From assembly GCA_964016885.1 (NCBI GenBank), contig OZ024745.1:13826001-13890000 (forward strand): a stretch of 64,000 nucleotides of DNA, written 5' to 3'. Source of the stretch: Eledone cirrhosa. Taxonomy: Eukaryota. The number at the start of each line of letters is the position of its first letter. The stretch's first letter is position 1. The position numbers were made by a program, and so were the translations under genes. The notes beneath the pieces were generated by a model. That model was not told where the DNA came from, searched no databases, and saw only the letters and a list, made by a program, of their open reading frames with translations. Of this stretch, positions 14,301-29,300 are shown in pieces.

Positions 14301-17300
14301 TCTGGTTTCTATGGCTGGATGCCCTTCCTAACACCAACTATATTTACAGTGTGTACTGGGAGCTTGGTTTCTATGGCTGGATGCCCTTCCTAACACCAAC
14401 TACATTTACAGTGTGTTCTGGGAGCTTGGTTTCTATGGCTGGATGCCCTTCCTAACACCAACTATATTTACAGTGTGTACTGGGAGCTTGGTTTCTATGG
14501 CTGGATGCCCTTCCTAACACCAACTACATTTACAGTGTGTACTGGGAGCTTGGTTTCTATGGCTGGATGCCCTTCCTAACACCAACTACATTTACAGTGT
14601 GTACTGGGAGCTTGGTTTCTATGGCTGGATGCCCTTCCTAATACCAACTACATTTACAGTGTGTACTGGGAGCTTGGTTTCTATGGCTGGATGCCCTTCC
14701 TAACACTTACTACATTTACAGTGTGTACTGGGAGCTTGGTTTCTATGGTTGGATGCCTTTCCTAACACCAACTACATTTACAGTGTGTACTGGGAGCTTG
14801 GTTTCTATGGCTGGATGCCCTTCCTAACACCAACTACATTTACAGTGTGTACTGGGAGCTTGGTTTCTATGGCTGGATGTCCTTCCTAACACCAACGACA
14901 TTTACAGTGTGTACTGGGAGCTTGGTTTCTATGGCTGGATGCCCTTCCTAACACCAACTACATTTACAGTGTGTACCGGGAGCTTGGTTTCTATGGCTGG
15001 ATGCCCTTCCTAACACCAACTACATTTACAGTGTGTACTGGGAGCTTGGTTTCTATGGCTGGATGCCCTTCCTAACACCAACTACATTTACAGTGTGTAC
15101 TGGGAGCTTGGTTTCTATGGCTGGATGCCCTTCCTAACACCAACTACATTTACAGTGTGTATTGGGAGCTTGGTTTCTATGGCTGGATGCCCTTCCTAAC
15201 ACCAACTACATTTACAGTGTGTACTGGGAGCTTGGTTTCTATGGCCGGATGCCCTTCCTAACACCAACTACATTTACAGTGTGTATTGGGAGCTTGGTTT
15301 CTAAGGCTGGATGCCCTTCCTAACACCAACTACATTTACAGTGTGTACTATGAGCTTGGTTTCTATGGCTGGATGCCCTTCCTAACACCAACTACATTTA
15401 CAGTGTGTACTGGGAGCTTGGTTTCTATGGCCGAATGCCCTTCCTAACACCAACTACATTTACAGTGTGTACTGGGAGCTTGGTTTCTATGGCTGGATGC
15501 CCTTCCTAACACCAACTATATTTACAGTGTGTACTGGGAGCTTGGTTTCTATGGATGGATGCCCATCCTAACACCAACTACATTAACAGTGTGTTCTGGG
15601 AGCTTGGTTTCTATGGCTGGATGCCCTTCCTAACACCAACTATATTTACAGTGTGTACTGGGAGCTTGGTTTCTATGGCTGGATGCCCTTCCTAACACCA
15701 ACTACATTTACAGTGTGTACTGGGAGCTTGGTTTCTATGGCTGGATGCCCTTCCTAACACCAACTACATTTACAGTGTGTACTGGGAGCTTGTTTTCTAT
15801 GGCTGGATGCCCTTCCTAACACCAACTACATTTACAGTGTGTACTGGGAGCTTGGTTTCTATGGCTGGATGCCCTTCCTAATACCAACTACATTTACAGT
15901 GTGTACTGGGAGCTTGGTTTCTATGGCTGGATGCCCTTCCTAACACTTACTACATTTACAGTGTGTACTGGGAGCTTGGTTTCTATGGTTGGATGCCTTT
16001 CCTAACACCAACTACATTTACAGTGTGTACTGGGAGCTTGGTTTCTATGGCTGGATGCCCTTCCTAACACCAACTACATTTACAGTGTGTACTGGGAGCT
16101 TGGTTTCTATGGCTGGATGCCCTTCCTAACACCAACTACATTTACAGTGTGTACTGGGAGCTTGGTTTCTATGGCTGGATGCCCTTCCTAACACCAACTA
16201 CATTTACAGTGTGTATTGGGAGCTTGGTTTCTATGGCTGGATGCCCTTCCTAACACCAACTACATTTACAGTGTGTACTGGGAGCTTGGTTTCTATGGCC
16301 GGATGCCCTTCCTAACACCAACTACATTTACAGTGTGTATTGGGAGCTTGGTTTCTAAGGCTGGATGCCCTTCCTAACACCAACTACATTTACAGTGTGT
16401 ACTATGAGCTTGGTTTCTATGGCTGGATGCCCTTCCTAACACCAACTACATTTACAGTGTGTACTGGGAGCTTGGTTTCTATGGCCGAATGCCCTTCCTA
16501 ACACCAACTACATTTACAGTGTGTACTGGGAGCTTGGTTTCTATGGCTGGATGCCCTTCCTAACACCAACTATATTTACAGTGTGTACTGGGAGCTTGGT
16601 TTCTATGGATGGATGCCCATCCTAACACCAACTACATTAACAGTGTGTTCTGGGAGCTTGGTTTCTATGGCTGGATGCCCTTCCTAACACCAACTATATT
16701 TACAGTGTGTACTGGGAGCTTGGTTTCTATGGCTGGATGCCCTTCCTAACACCAACTACATTTACAGTGTGTACTGGGAGCTTGGTTTCTATGGCTGGAT
16801 GCCCTTCCTAACACCAACTACATTTACAGTGTGTACTGGGAGCTTGTTTTCTATGGCTGGATGCCCTTCCTAACACCAACTACATTTACAGTGTGTACTG
16901 GGAGCTTGGTTTCTATGGCTGGATGCCCTTCCTAACACCAACTACATTTACAGTGTGTACTGGGAGCTTGGTTTCTATGGCTGGATGCCCTTCCTAACAC
17001 TTAGTACATTTACAGTGTGTACTGGGAGCTTGGTTTCTATGGCTAGATGCCTTTCCTAACACCAACTACATTTACAGTGTGTACTGGGAGCTTGGTTTCT
17101 ATGGCTGGATGCCCTTCCTAACACCAACTATATTTACAGTGTGTACTGAGAGCTTGGTTTCTATGGCTGGATGCCCTTCCTAACACCAACTACATTTACA
17201 GTGTGTTCTGGGAGCTTGGTTTCTATGGCTGGATGCCCTTCCTAACACCAACTATATTTACAGTGTGTACTGGGAGCTTGGTTTCTATGGCTGGATGCCC

Positions 17301-20300
17301 TTCCTAACACCAACTACATTTACAGTGTGTACTGGGAGCCTGGTTTCTATGGCTGGATGCCCTTCCTAACACCAACTACATTTACAGTGTGTACTGGGAG
17401 CTTGGTTTCTATGGCTGGATGACCTTCCTACCACTTAGTACATTTACAGTGTGTACTGGGAGCTTGGTTTCTATGGTTGGATGCCTTTCCTAACACCAAC
17501 TACATTTACAGTGTGTACTGGGAGCTTGGTTTCTATGGCTGGATGCCCTTCCTAACACCAACTACATTTACAGTGTGTACTGGGAGCTTGGTTTCTATGG
17601 CTGGATGCCCTTCCTAACACCAACTACATTTACAGTGTGTACTGGGAGCTTGGTTTCTATGGCTGGATGCCCTTCCTAACACCAACTACATTTACAGTGT
17701 GTACTGGGAGCTTGGTTTCTATGGCTGGATGCCCTTCCTAACACCAACTACATTTATAGTGTGTACTGCGAGCTTGGTTTCTATGGCTGGATGACCTTCC
17801 TAACACCAACTACATTTACAATGTGTACTGGGAGCTTTGTTTCTATGGTTGAATGCCTTTCCTAAAACCAACTACATTTACAGTGTGTACTGGGAGCTTG
17901 GTTTCTATGTTTGGATGCCTTTCCTAACACCAACTATATTTACAGTGTGTACTGGGAGCTTGGTTTCTATGGCTGGATGCCCTTCCTAACACCAACTACA
18001 TTTACAGTGTGTACTGGGAGCTTGGTTTCTATGGTTGGATGCCTTTCCTAACACCAACTACATTTACAGTGTGTACTGGGAGCTTGGTTTCTATGGCTGG
18101 ATGCTCTTCCTAACACCAACTACATTTACAGTGTGTATTGGGAGCTTGGTTTCTATGGCTGGATACCCTTCCTAACACTTACTACATTTACAGTGTGTAT
18201 TGGGAGCTTGGTTTCTATGGCTGGATGCCCTTCCTAACACCAACTACATTTACAGTGTGTACTGGGAGCTTGGTTTCTATGGCTGGATGCCCTTCCTAAC
18301 ACCAACTACATTTACAGTGTGTATTGGGAGCTTGGTTTCTATGGCTGGATGCCCTTCCTAACACCAACTACATTTACAGTGTGTACTGGGAGCTTGGTTT
18401 CTATGGCCGGATGCCCTTCCTAACACCAACTACATTTACAGTGTGTATTGGGAGCTTGGTTTCTAAGGCTGGATGCCCTTCCTAACACCAACTACATTTA
18501 CAGTGTGTACTATGAGCTTGGTTTCTATGGCTGGATGCCCTTCCTAACACCAACTACATTTACAGTGTGTACTGGGAGCTTGGTTTCTATGGCCGAATGC
18601 CCTTCCTAACACCAACTACATTTACAGTGTGTACTGGGAGCTTGGTTTCTATGGCTGGATGCCCTTCCTAACACCAACTATATTTACAGTGTGTACTGGG
18701 AGCTTGGTTTCTATGGCTGGATGCCCTTCCTAACACCAACTATATTTACAGTGTGTACTGAGAGCTTGGTTTCTATGGCTGGATGCCCTTCCTAACACCA
18801 ACTACATTTACAGTGTGTTCTGGGAGCCTGGTTTCTATGGCTGGATGCCCTTCCTAACACCAACTATATTTACAGTGTGTACTGGGAGCTTGGTTTCTAT
18901 GGCTGGATGCCCTTCCTAACACCAACTACATTTACAGTGTGTACTGGGAGCCTGGTTTCTATGGCTGGATGCCCTTCCTAACACCAACTACATTTACAGT
19001 GTGTACTGGGAGCTTGGTTTCTATGGCTGGATGACCTTCCTAACACTTAGTACATTTACAGTGTGTACTGGGAGCTTGGTTTCTATGGCTGGATGCCTTT
19101 CCTAACACCAACTACATTTACAGTGTGTACTGGGAGCTTGGTTTCTATGGTTGGATGCCTTTCCTAACACCAACTACATTTACAGTGTGTACTGGGAGCT
19201 TGGTTTCTATGGCTGGATGCCCTGCCTAACACCAACTACATTTACAGTGTGTACTGGGAGCTTGGTTTCTATGGCTGGATGCCCTTCCTAACACTTACTA
19301 CATTTACAGTGTGTACTGGGAGCTTGGTTTCTATGGTTGGATGCCTTTCCTAACACCAACTACATTTACAGTGTGTACTGGGAGCTTGGTTTCTATGGCT
19401 GGATGCCCTTCCTAACACCAACTACATTTACAGTATGTACTGGGAGCTTGGTTTCTATGGCTGGATGCCCTTCCTAACACCAACTACATTTACAGTGTGT
19501 ACTGGGAGCTTGGTTTCTATGGCTGGATGCCCTTCCTAACACCAACTACATTTACAGTGTGTACTGGGAGCTTGGTTTCTATGCCTGGATGCCCTTCCTA
19601 ACGCCAACTACATTTACAGTGTGTACTGGGAGCTTGGTTTCTATTGCTGGATGCCCTTCCTAACACCAACTACATTTACAGTGTGTACTGGGAGCTTGGT
19701 TTCTATGGCTGGATGCCCTTCCTAACACCAACTACATTTACAGTGTGTACTGGGAGCTTGGTTTCTATGGCTGGATGCTCTTCCTAACACCAACTACATT
19801 TACAGTGTGTACTGGGAGCTTGGTTTCTATGGCTGGATGCCCTTCCTAACACCAACTACATTTACAGTGTGTACTGGGAGCTTGGTTTCTATGGCTGGAT
19901 GCTCTTCCTAACTCCAACTACATTTACAGTGTGTACTGGGAGCTTGGTTTCTATGGCTGGACGCCCTTCCTAACACCAACTACATTTACAGTGTGTACTG
20001 GGAGCTTTGTTTCTATGGTTGAATGCCTTTCCTAAAACCAACTACATTTACAGTGTGTACTGGGAGCTTGGTTTCTATGGTTGGATGCCTTTCCTAACAC
20101 CAACTATATTTACAGTGTGTACTGGGAGCTTGGTTTCTATGGCTGGATGCCCTTCCTAACACCAACTACATTTACAGTGTGTACTGGGAGCTTGGTTTCT
20201 ATGGTTGGATGCCTTTCCTAACACCAATTACATTTACAGTGTGTACTGGGAGCTTGGTTTCTATGGCTGGATGCTCTTCCTAACACCAACTACATTTACA

Positions 20301-23300
20301 GTGTATATTGGGAGCTTGGTTTCTATGGCTGGATACCCTTCCTAACACTTACTACATTTACAGTGTGTATTGGGTGCTTGGTTTCTATGGCTGGATGCCC
20401 TTCCTAACACCAACTACATTTACAGTGTGTACTGGGAGCTTGGTTTCTATGGCTGGATGCCCTTCCTAACACCAACTACATTTACAGTGTGTATTGGGAG
20501 CTTGGTTTCTATGGCTGGATGCCCTTCCTAACACCAACTACATTTACAGTGTGTACTGGGAGCTTGGTTTCTATGGCCGGATGCCCTTCCTAACACCAAC
20601 TACATTTACAGTGTGTATTGGGAGCTTGGTTTCTATGGCTGGATGCCCTTCCTAACACCAACTACATTTACAGTGTGTACTGGGAGCTTGGTTTCTATGG
20701 CTGGATGCCCTTCCTAACACCAACTACATTTACAGTGTGTACTGGGAGCTTGGTTTCTATGGCCGAATGCCCTTCCTAACACCAACTACATTTACAGTGT
20801 GTACTGGGAGCTTGGTTTCTATGGCTGGATGCCCTTCCTAACACCAACTATATTTACAGTGTGTACTGGGAGCTTGGTTTCTATGGCTGGATGCCCTTCC
20901 TAACACCAACTACATTAACAGTGTGTTCTGGGAGCTTGGTTTCTATGGCTGGATGCCCTTCCTAACACCAACTATATTTACAGTGTGTACTGGGAGCTTG
21001 GTTTCTATGGCTGGATGCCCTTCCTAACACCAACTACATTTACAGTGTGTACTGGGAGCTTGGTTTCTATGGCCGGATGCCCTTCCTAACACCAACTACA
21101 TTTACAGTGTGTATTGGGAGCTTGGTTTCTATGGCTGGATGCCCTTCCTAACACCAACTACATTTACAGTGTGTACTGGGAGCTTGGTTTCTATGGCTGG
21201 ATGCCCTTCCTAACACCAACTACATTTACAGTGTGTACTGGGAGCTTGGTTTCTATGGCTGGATGCCCTGCCTAACACCAACTACATTTACAGTGTGTAC
21301 TGGGAGCTTGGTTTCTATGGCTGGATGCCCTTCCTAACACCAACTACATTTACAGTGTGTACTGGGAGCTTGGTTTCTATGGCTGGATGACCTTCCATAC
21401 AACAACTACATTTACAATTGTGTACATACAATACCTAAATCTAATCAGAATTAATTATTTGTATTAATAAGTTATGTTCTTTTAATAATTTAGTTATAGT
21501 ATATTTTAATATAGTAGTTATAGTATATATTATATTAATAATTTAGTTATAGTATATATTATATTAATAATTTATTCATAGTATATATTATATTATTATA
21601 TTAGTTATAGTATATTTTAACATATTAGTTATAGTATATTTTAATATATTAGTTATAGTATATTTTAACATATTAGTTATAGTATATTGTAACATATTAG
21701 TTATAGTATATTTTAACATATTAGTTATAGTATATTTTAACATATTAGTTATGTTCTTTTAACATATTAGTTATAGTATATTTTAATATATTAGTTATAG
21801 TATATTTTAACATATTAGTTATAGTATATTTTAATATATTAGTTATGTTCTTTTAACATATTAGTTATAGTATATTTTAATATATTAGTTATAGTATATT
21901 TTAACATATTAGTTATAGTATATTTTAATATATTAGTTATAGTATATTTTAATATATTAGTTATAGTATATTTTAATATATTAGTTATAGTATATTTTTG
22001 TATTTGTAAACACTTTCCTTTTCCTTTTTCTAGTATTTTATGCAACAATTTTACATTGATGGAAGATAAACAAGTTCTCTTCTCTGACATAGCAGAAGGT
22101 GTTTCAGCATATGTGAGTAAACTTGATCTATCTTATTTGATAAATATATTGTTATGTCAAGGAAATTATTGACAAAGTTACTGTTATATTTGGGGAGGTA
22201 CATGTTGTCCTAATATTGGCAAAAATAGTAAAACACATTTACTGTTTGGTTTGGTTTTTGCTTCAGAATATTTTTATAAATAATTTAGCTGGCAATCAAT
22301 GTTTATCATTGATTGAGTAACAGTTGAAATATAAATATGATTTATCATATCTATATAAATATGATAAATTTATCATATTTATATTTATATCTCAAAAACC
22401 TTCCAAAACAAATACATCGCTGTATTTTAAGTGTTGTATTCTTTCATATTGCATTACTTCTTTAGGAAGCCCTTCATTCATTCTATTGCAACTGTTTCAG
22501 TGACCAGGTTGCAAACAGTCTGAAACAAGTTTGACACCAAGAAATAAATGTTAAGGGAACTTAACACTTTTTGCATGTTTCTTTTTTTTTTTTTTTTTTT
22601 AAATGGCTAAAGTGTCTCTGTAATTGCTTTAGTTTCAACAAAGTCTCAGGTCAAGTCACTTGCCAGACACATACAACTCTGAAACTTACCAAAATAGTTA
22701 CCAATGCATGTCTGAACCTGTAACTCCTGAGAGAGTCATAGAGGTGTCATATTGACATACAGCATTTCATAGGACATTTAAAAAAAAAACCTGGTGGAGC
22801 CAATCTCCTCTGCAGGTCGGAATATAGTAGATTTCTTCCAGAAAAGGATAGAGAGAGTGAGATAATAGAAGTGAGAAAGAGATATAATGAAAGAATCGAC
22901 CCTAGTACTAGACTGGTACTTTTTTGTTGACCTTGAATGAATGAAAGACAAAGTTGAACTCAGAGAGCAGAGAACCAGAATAAATCCTACAAAGCTCTCT
23001 ATCCAACCTTCTTATACCAATTCACCACCTATATACAATATTATTACAATATTATAACAGCATATTTAAAACCTTAGAACTCTGTTATTTAGAGCTGTGT
23101 TATTTAGGAAATAATAGTGATGGACTGTACTATTATCTTCTATCATAACTCAACAAGTTATAGAAAGTTGCTTTAAATCACCAATTTTTATCAAATTATT
23201 ATGGTTGTGAGTTGGATTACGGCACCAATGTTTTGTATCTTGAGAATCTTATTTTGAATTTAGTTCTTATGAAAGGTCCTGGACTATATAGACATAATAC

Positions 23301-26300
23301 AATAGCAGGCTAAATGTATTGTAGCATTCTCTTATGTCTCTTTATATTCTGAGACCAAATTCCTACCAGATTTGATTTGGCTTTCATCTTTTGTTTAAGA
23401 TTGCTGAAATATTTGCCAGTAGAACAGCTGGATTGATAACATTATCTAACCCCCCCCCCCCCCCCCCCCCCTTACAAATTAACTGGATACCCTCCCCTTA
23501 CAAATTATCTGGACACCCTGCCCTTACAAATTATCTGGACACCCTGCCCTTACAAATTATCTGGACACCCTCCCCTTATTCATTATCTAGACACCCTTCC
23601 CCTCACAAGTTATCTACAAACTCTTTCTCCTTAAAATGATCTGGACATGTTCTTGTTTAGTTTAATGGCCCTAACAAACATGTATGCTATGGTGGTATGC
23701 ATGTTTGTTATATCCTATCAAACTCCAGTTTTTTAACACTTTTACTATTTCCAGTTGCCATCCCTTCCTCTCTCACTAGTTGCCACCCCTTCTTCTACCA
23801 CCAGTTGCCACCCTCTTCTTCTACCACCAGTTGCCCCCCCCCTTCCTCTACCACCAGCCCCCCCCCTCTCTACCACCAGTTGGTACCCCCTCCCTCTACC
23901 ACCAGTTGGCACCCCTTCCTCTACCACCAGCCAGTCAAACACCATTTAATCTCTCTTTAAGGGATAAAGCCTGAAACTTTACACCTATTTTTATTGGAGA
24001 TTCCTGAAACCCTGATTTTGAATAATTTGTTGTTGACAACACAAACCCTTACCATTCTTTCTGACTTCTCAATTTACCCTATCATTGAAGCTAATATTTC
24101 TGAGAATGTCAACTTATATTCTTAGTATCCAAAATGCACTCTGAGCTGTACTGGTGGTGTTATTAGTGTTGAATCACTGTAATTTTGATGTACAGTTGCT
24201 GTATTAGTGTTTATCATTGATTGATCAACAGTTACAAACATATATATAAATATAAATTCTCAAAGTTCTTTCATCACATATTTCTGTGACATTTTCAGTG
24301 ATTATTGCTGTTTTCACCCGTTGTGTTTCTATTACATTTTTTGTGGGGTGGTTGACTTTGTTTGTGCATGCAAAACAAATATATCGCCGCCAATAAGAAT
24401 TGTATAAGTTTTAAAATCTATTATTATTATTTTTCAGGTATATCATTTTCTTTTATATGATTTACAAGCCCGTGGCTATGTTAGACCATTTTGTATGGCT
24501 TACGTCTCCCCTGACTCCAAGTAAGTTCTGCTATTTTACAGATATAATAAACTATTAGTCTTAGATGTATATCAGTAATCAGTAACTCTTTTGGATGCTG
24601 GTTGGTTTGTTTTACCGTTTTGTGGGCCAACGTGAATAAAAGATGGAACCATGACCATACAAGGCTATGGAAACAACTTGTTTTCTAATTATTGTGTATA
24701 CTCGAATATAAGCTAAGGAATATGTGACCCCCCCCCCCCCCAAAAAAAAAAATCGCGGGGGGGGGTGTCTTATATTTGGGTCAATATTTTGGCAATTTTC
24801 ACCAACTTCCAATTCTATGTAAATAAGGTTGGGATTTATGCCCATTTCTCAGACATAAAATTAGTGGGGGTCACCTTAAATTCGAGTATATTTTTCATAT
24901 ATATTTTCAGATAAATTTTTCATTATAAGCATTTAACATTGAATACATGTTTTTTCAATAAAACAAATATTCTTTTGGTTCATTCGTTTTAGAAAATCAA
25001 AATATTTACTATATAAAATCTTGCACCTGGGCAAACAATTGAAAAAAAATTCCTTTTATTAATACATATAAATATGTATATATTAATATATATATTTATA
25101 TATACATATTAATATATATATATTAATATATGATATTGATTGATTTGAAGCTACTGCAAAATTGAATTGTTTTTTTAATATTGAGTTTTATTGTTCACTA
25201 ACCAAAGATAAAGAAAATAACACATTTTTGTATGCAATGTCACATATTTAATGATGACTACGGGCTGGATTTGGCCCTGGGGGCTACAGTTTGTCAACCT
25301 CTGATGTAAATACTGGGGGTGCGTAATTCCTTTATTGTAAACTTCCCCTGACTTTAAACAATCTGTGGTTGAGTAAATGGTACAGTTGGTTCAAAGATCT
25401 GTAACTCAGAAAATGATACAGTTGGTTCAAAGATCTGTGACTCAGAAAATGGTACAGTTGGTTCAAAGATCTGTAGCTCAAAAAATGGTACAGTTGGTTC
25501 AAAGACCTGTAGCTCAGTAAATGGTACAGTTAGTTCAAAGATCTGTAACTCAGAAAATGATACAGTTGGTTCAAAGATCTGTGACTCAGAAAATGGTACA
25601 GTTGGTTCAAAGATCTGTAGCTCAAAAAATGGTACAGTTGGTTCAAAGATCTGTAGCTCAGTAAATGGTACAGTTGGTTCAAAGACCTGTAGCTCAGTAA
25701 ATGGTACAGTTGGTTCAAAGACCTGTAGCTCAGTAAATGGTACAGTTGGTTCAAAGACCTGTAGCTCAGTAAATGGTACAGTTGGTTCAAAGATCTGTGG
25801 CTCAGAAAATGGTACAGTTGGTTCAAAGACCTGTAGCTCAAAAAATGGTACAGTTGGTTCAAAGATCTGTAGCTCAGTAAATGGTACAGTTGGTTCAAAG
25901 ACCTGTAGCTCAGTAAATGGTACAGTTGGTTCAAAGACCTGTAGCTCAGTAAATGGTACAGTTGGTTCAAAGATCTGTGGCTCAGAAAATGGTACAGTTG
26001 GTTCAAAGATCTGTAGCTCAGAAAATGGTACAGTTGGTTCAAAGATCTGTAGTTCAGTAAATGGTACAGTTGGTTCAAAGATCTGTGACTCAGAAAATGG
26101 TACAGTTGGTTCAAAGACCTGTAGCTCAGAAAATGGTACAGTTGGTTCAAAGATCTGTAGCTCAGTAAATGGTACAGTTGGTTCAAAGATCTGTAGTTCA
26201 GTAAATGGTACAGTTGGTTCAAAGATCTGTGACTCAGAAAATGGTACAGTTGGTTCAAAGATCTGTAGCTCAGTAAATGGTACAGTTGGTTCAAAGATCT

Positions 26301-29300
26301 GTAGCTCAGAAAATGGTACAGTTGGTTCAAAGATCTGTAGCTCAGAAAATGGTACAGTTGGTTCAAAGATCTGTAGCTCAGTAAATGGTACAGTTGGTTC
26401 AAAGATCTGTAGTTCAGTAAATGGTACAGTTGGTTCAAAGATCTGTGACTCAGAAAATGGTACAGTTGGTTCAAAGATCTGTAGCTCAGTAAATGGTACA
26501 GTTGGTTCAAAGATCTGTAGCTCAGTAAATGGTACAGTTGGTTCAAAGATCTGTAGTTCAGTAAATGGTACAGTTGGTTCAAAGATCTGTGACTCAGAAA
26601 ATGGTACAGTTGGTTCAAAGATCTGTAGCTCAGTAAATGGTACAGTTGGTTCAAAGATCTGTAGCTCAGAAAATGGTACAGTTGGTTCAAAGATCTGTAG
26701 CTCAGAAAATGGTACAGTTGGTTCAAAGATATGTAGCTCAGTAAATGGTACAGTTGGTTCAAAGATCTGTAGTTCAGTAAATGGTACAGTTGGTTCAAAG
26801 ATCTGTGACTCAGAAAATGGTACAGTTGGTTCAAAGATCTGTAGCTCAGTAAATGGTACAGTTGGTTCAAAGATCTGTAGCTCAGAAAATGGTACAGTTG
26901 GTTCAAAGATCTGTAGCTCAGAAAATGGTACAGTTGGTTCAAAGATCTGTAGCTCAGAAAATGGTACAGTTGGTTCAAAGATCTGTAGCTCAGTAAATGG
27001 TACAGTTGGTTCAAAGATCTGTGACTCAGAAAATGGTACAGTTGGTTCAAAGATCTGTAGCTCAGTAAATGGTACAGTTGGTTCAAAGATCTGTAGCTCA
27101 GAAAATGGTACAGTTGGTTCAAAGATCTGTAGCTCAGAAAATGGTACAGTTGGTTCAAAGATCTGTAGCTCAGTAAATGGTACAGTTGGTTCAAAGATCT
27201 GTAGTTCAGTAAATGGTACAGTTGGTTCAAAGATCTGTGACTCAGAAAATGGTACAGTTGGTTCAAAGATCTGTAGCTCAGTAAATGGTACAGTTGGTTC
27301 AAAGATCTGTAGCTCAGTAAATGGTACAGTTGGTTCAAAGATCTGTAGTTCAGTAAATGGTACAGTTGGTTCAAAGATCTGTAGCTCAGAAAATGGTACA
27401 GTTGGTTCAAAGATCTGTAGCTCAGAAAATGGTACAGTTGGTTCAAAGATCTGTAGCTCAGTAAATGGTACAGTTGGTTCAAAGATCTGTAGCTCAGTAA
27501 ATGGTACAGTTGGTTCAAAGATCTGTAGCTCAGTAAATGGTACAGTTGTTTCAAAGATCTGTAGTTCAGTAAATGGTACAGTTGGTTCAAAGATCTGTAG
27601 TTCAGTAAATGGTACAGTTGGTTCAAAGATCTGTAGTTCAGTAAATGGTACAGTTGGTTCAAAGATCTGTGACTCAGAAAATGGTACAGTTGGTTCAAAG
27701 ATCTGTAGCTCAGTAAATGGTACAGTTGGTTCAAAGATCTGTAGCTCAGTAAATGGTACAGTTGGTTCAAAGATCTGTAGTTCAGTAAATGGTACAGTTG
27801 GTTCAAAGATCTGTAGCTCAGAAAATGGTACAGTTGGTTCAAAGATCTGTAGCTCAGTAAATGGTACAGTTGGTTCAAAGATCTGTAGCTCAGTAAATGG
27901 TACAGTTGGTTCAAAGATCTGTAGCTCAGTAAATGGTTCAGTTGGTTCAAAGATCTGTAGCTCAGTAAATGGTACAGTTGGTTCAAAGATCTGTAGCTCA
28001 GTAAATGGTACAGTTGGTTCAAAGATCTGTAGCTCAGTAAATGGTACAGTTGGTTCAAAGATCTGTAGCTCAGTAAATGGTACAGTTGGTTCAAAGATCT
28101 GTAGCTCAGTAAATGGTACAGTTGGTTCAAAGATCTGTAGCTCAGTAAATGGTTCAGTTGGTTCAAAGATCTGTAGCTCAGTAAATGGTACAGTTGGTTC
28201 AAAGATCTGTAGCTCAGTAAATGGTACAGTTGGTTCAAAGATCTGTAGCTCAGTAAATGGTTCAGTTGGTTCAAAGATCTGTAGCTCAGTAAATGGTTCA
28301 GTTGGTTCAAAGATCTGTAGCTCAGTAAATGGTACAGTTGGTTCAAAGATCTGTAGCTCAGTAAATGGTTCAGTTGGTTCAAAGATCTGTAGCTCAGTAA
28401 ATGGTACAGTTGGTTCAAAGATCTGTAGCTCAGTAAATGGTACAGTTGGTTCAAAGATCTGTAGCTCAGTAAATGGTTCAGTTGGTTCAAAGATCTGTAG
28501 CTCAGTAAATGGTACAGTTGGTTCAAAGATCTGTAGCTCAGTAAATGGTTCAGTTGGTTCAAAGATCTATATTCTTGACATTTGGCATCAGTTCAAATTC
28601 TACTACTAGTAGTGTTCTTTATAATTTCTTTCATGCCTGTCTTTCTCTAAGTGAAAGTCCAACCCATGCTAGCATGGCAAATAGGACATAAAAATGGTGA
28701 TGATGCTTACTAAATATTTGTTTTTCAGGAAACTGATAACATTTTATAAAGAAATCCACAAAGCATTTTCTAAAGTAAGTATAATTTAAAAATTAATTAA
28801 TACACACTAATTAAATCCTAAAATTCAGTAAAAATATTAATTATTTGTTAAATTATTTATTTTTCAGGTGTTGAGGATAATAATAATAAAAAAACGGCTG
28901 TTATAATTTCAAATTATTATTATTATATTCAAACACATGACAAGCCATATTGATCTCATGTTGACAGAAGAGTCCATTATCAACAAATAATATAGATCAT
29001 ATGTTGATGGAATAGTCCATTATCGGCAAATAGTGTGGATGTCCTATTGATGGAACAGTCCACTATCAGCAAATAATACTGATCTTATATTGATGGAACA
29101 GTCCATTAATAACAAATAGTGTTGATGTCATATTGAGGGAACAACTCATTATAAACAAATAGTGTAGATGTCCTGTTGATGGAACAGTCCATTATCAATA
29201 ATTGTTTCTACTTTTGGCACAAGGCCAGCAATTACCCAGTGCATTACTGGTACTATAATGGTTGACTATACTAACAGAAGTGTTAGTTCTAGACATAGTA

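Noticed and set aside
12566-21417. CRISPR-like array (also 1520-3405)
   Set aside because: Head-to-tail repeats with no unique spacers, no cas genes, eukaryotic intron context.
25530-28562. 1010-aa ORF as a real protein
   Set aside because: Translation of a 36-bp intronic satellite; non-ATG start, no unique domain, antisense to SMCR8.
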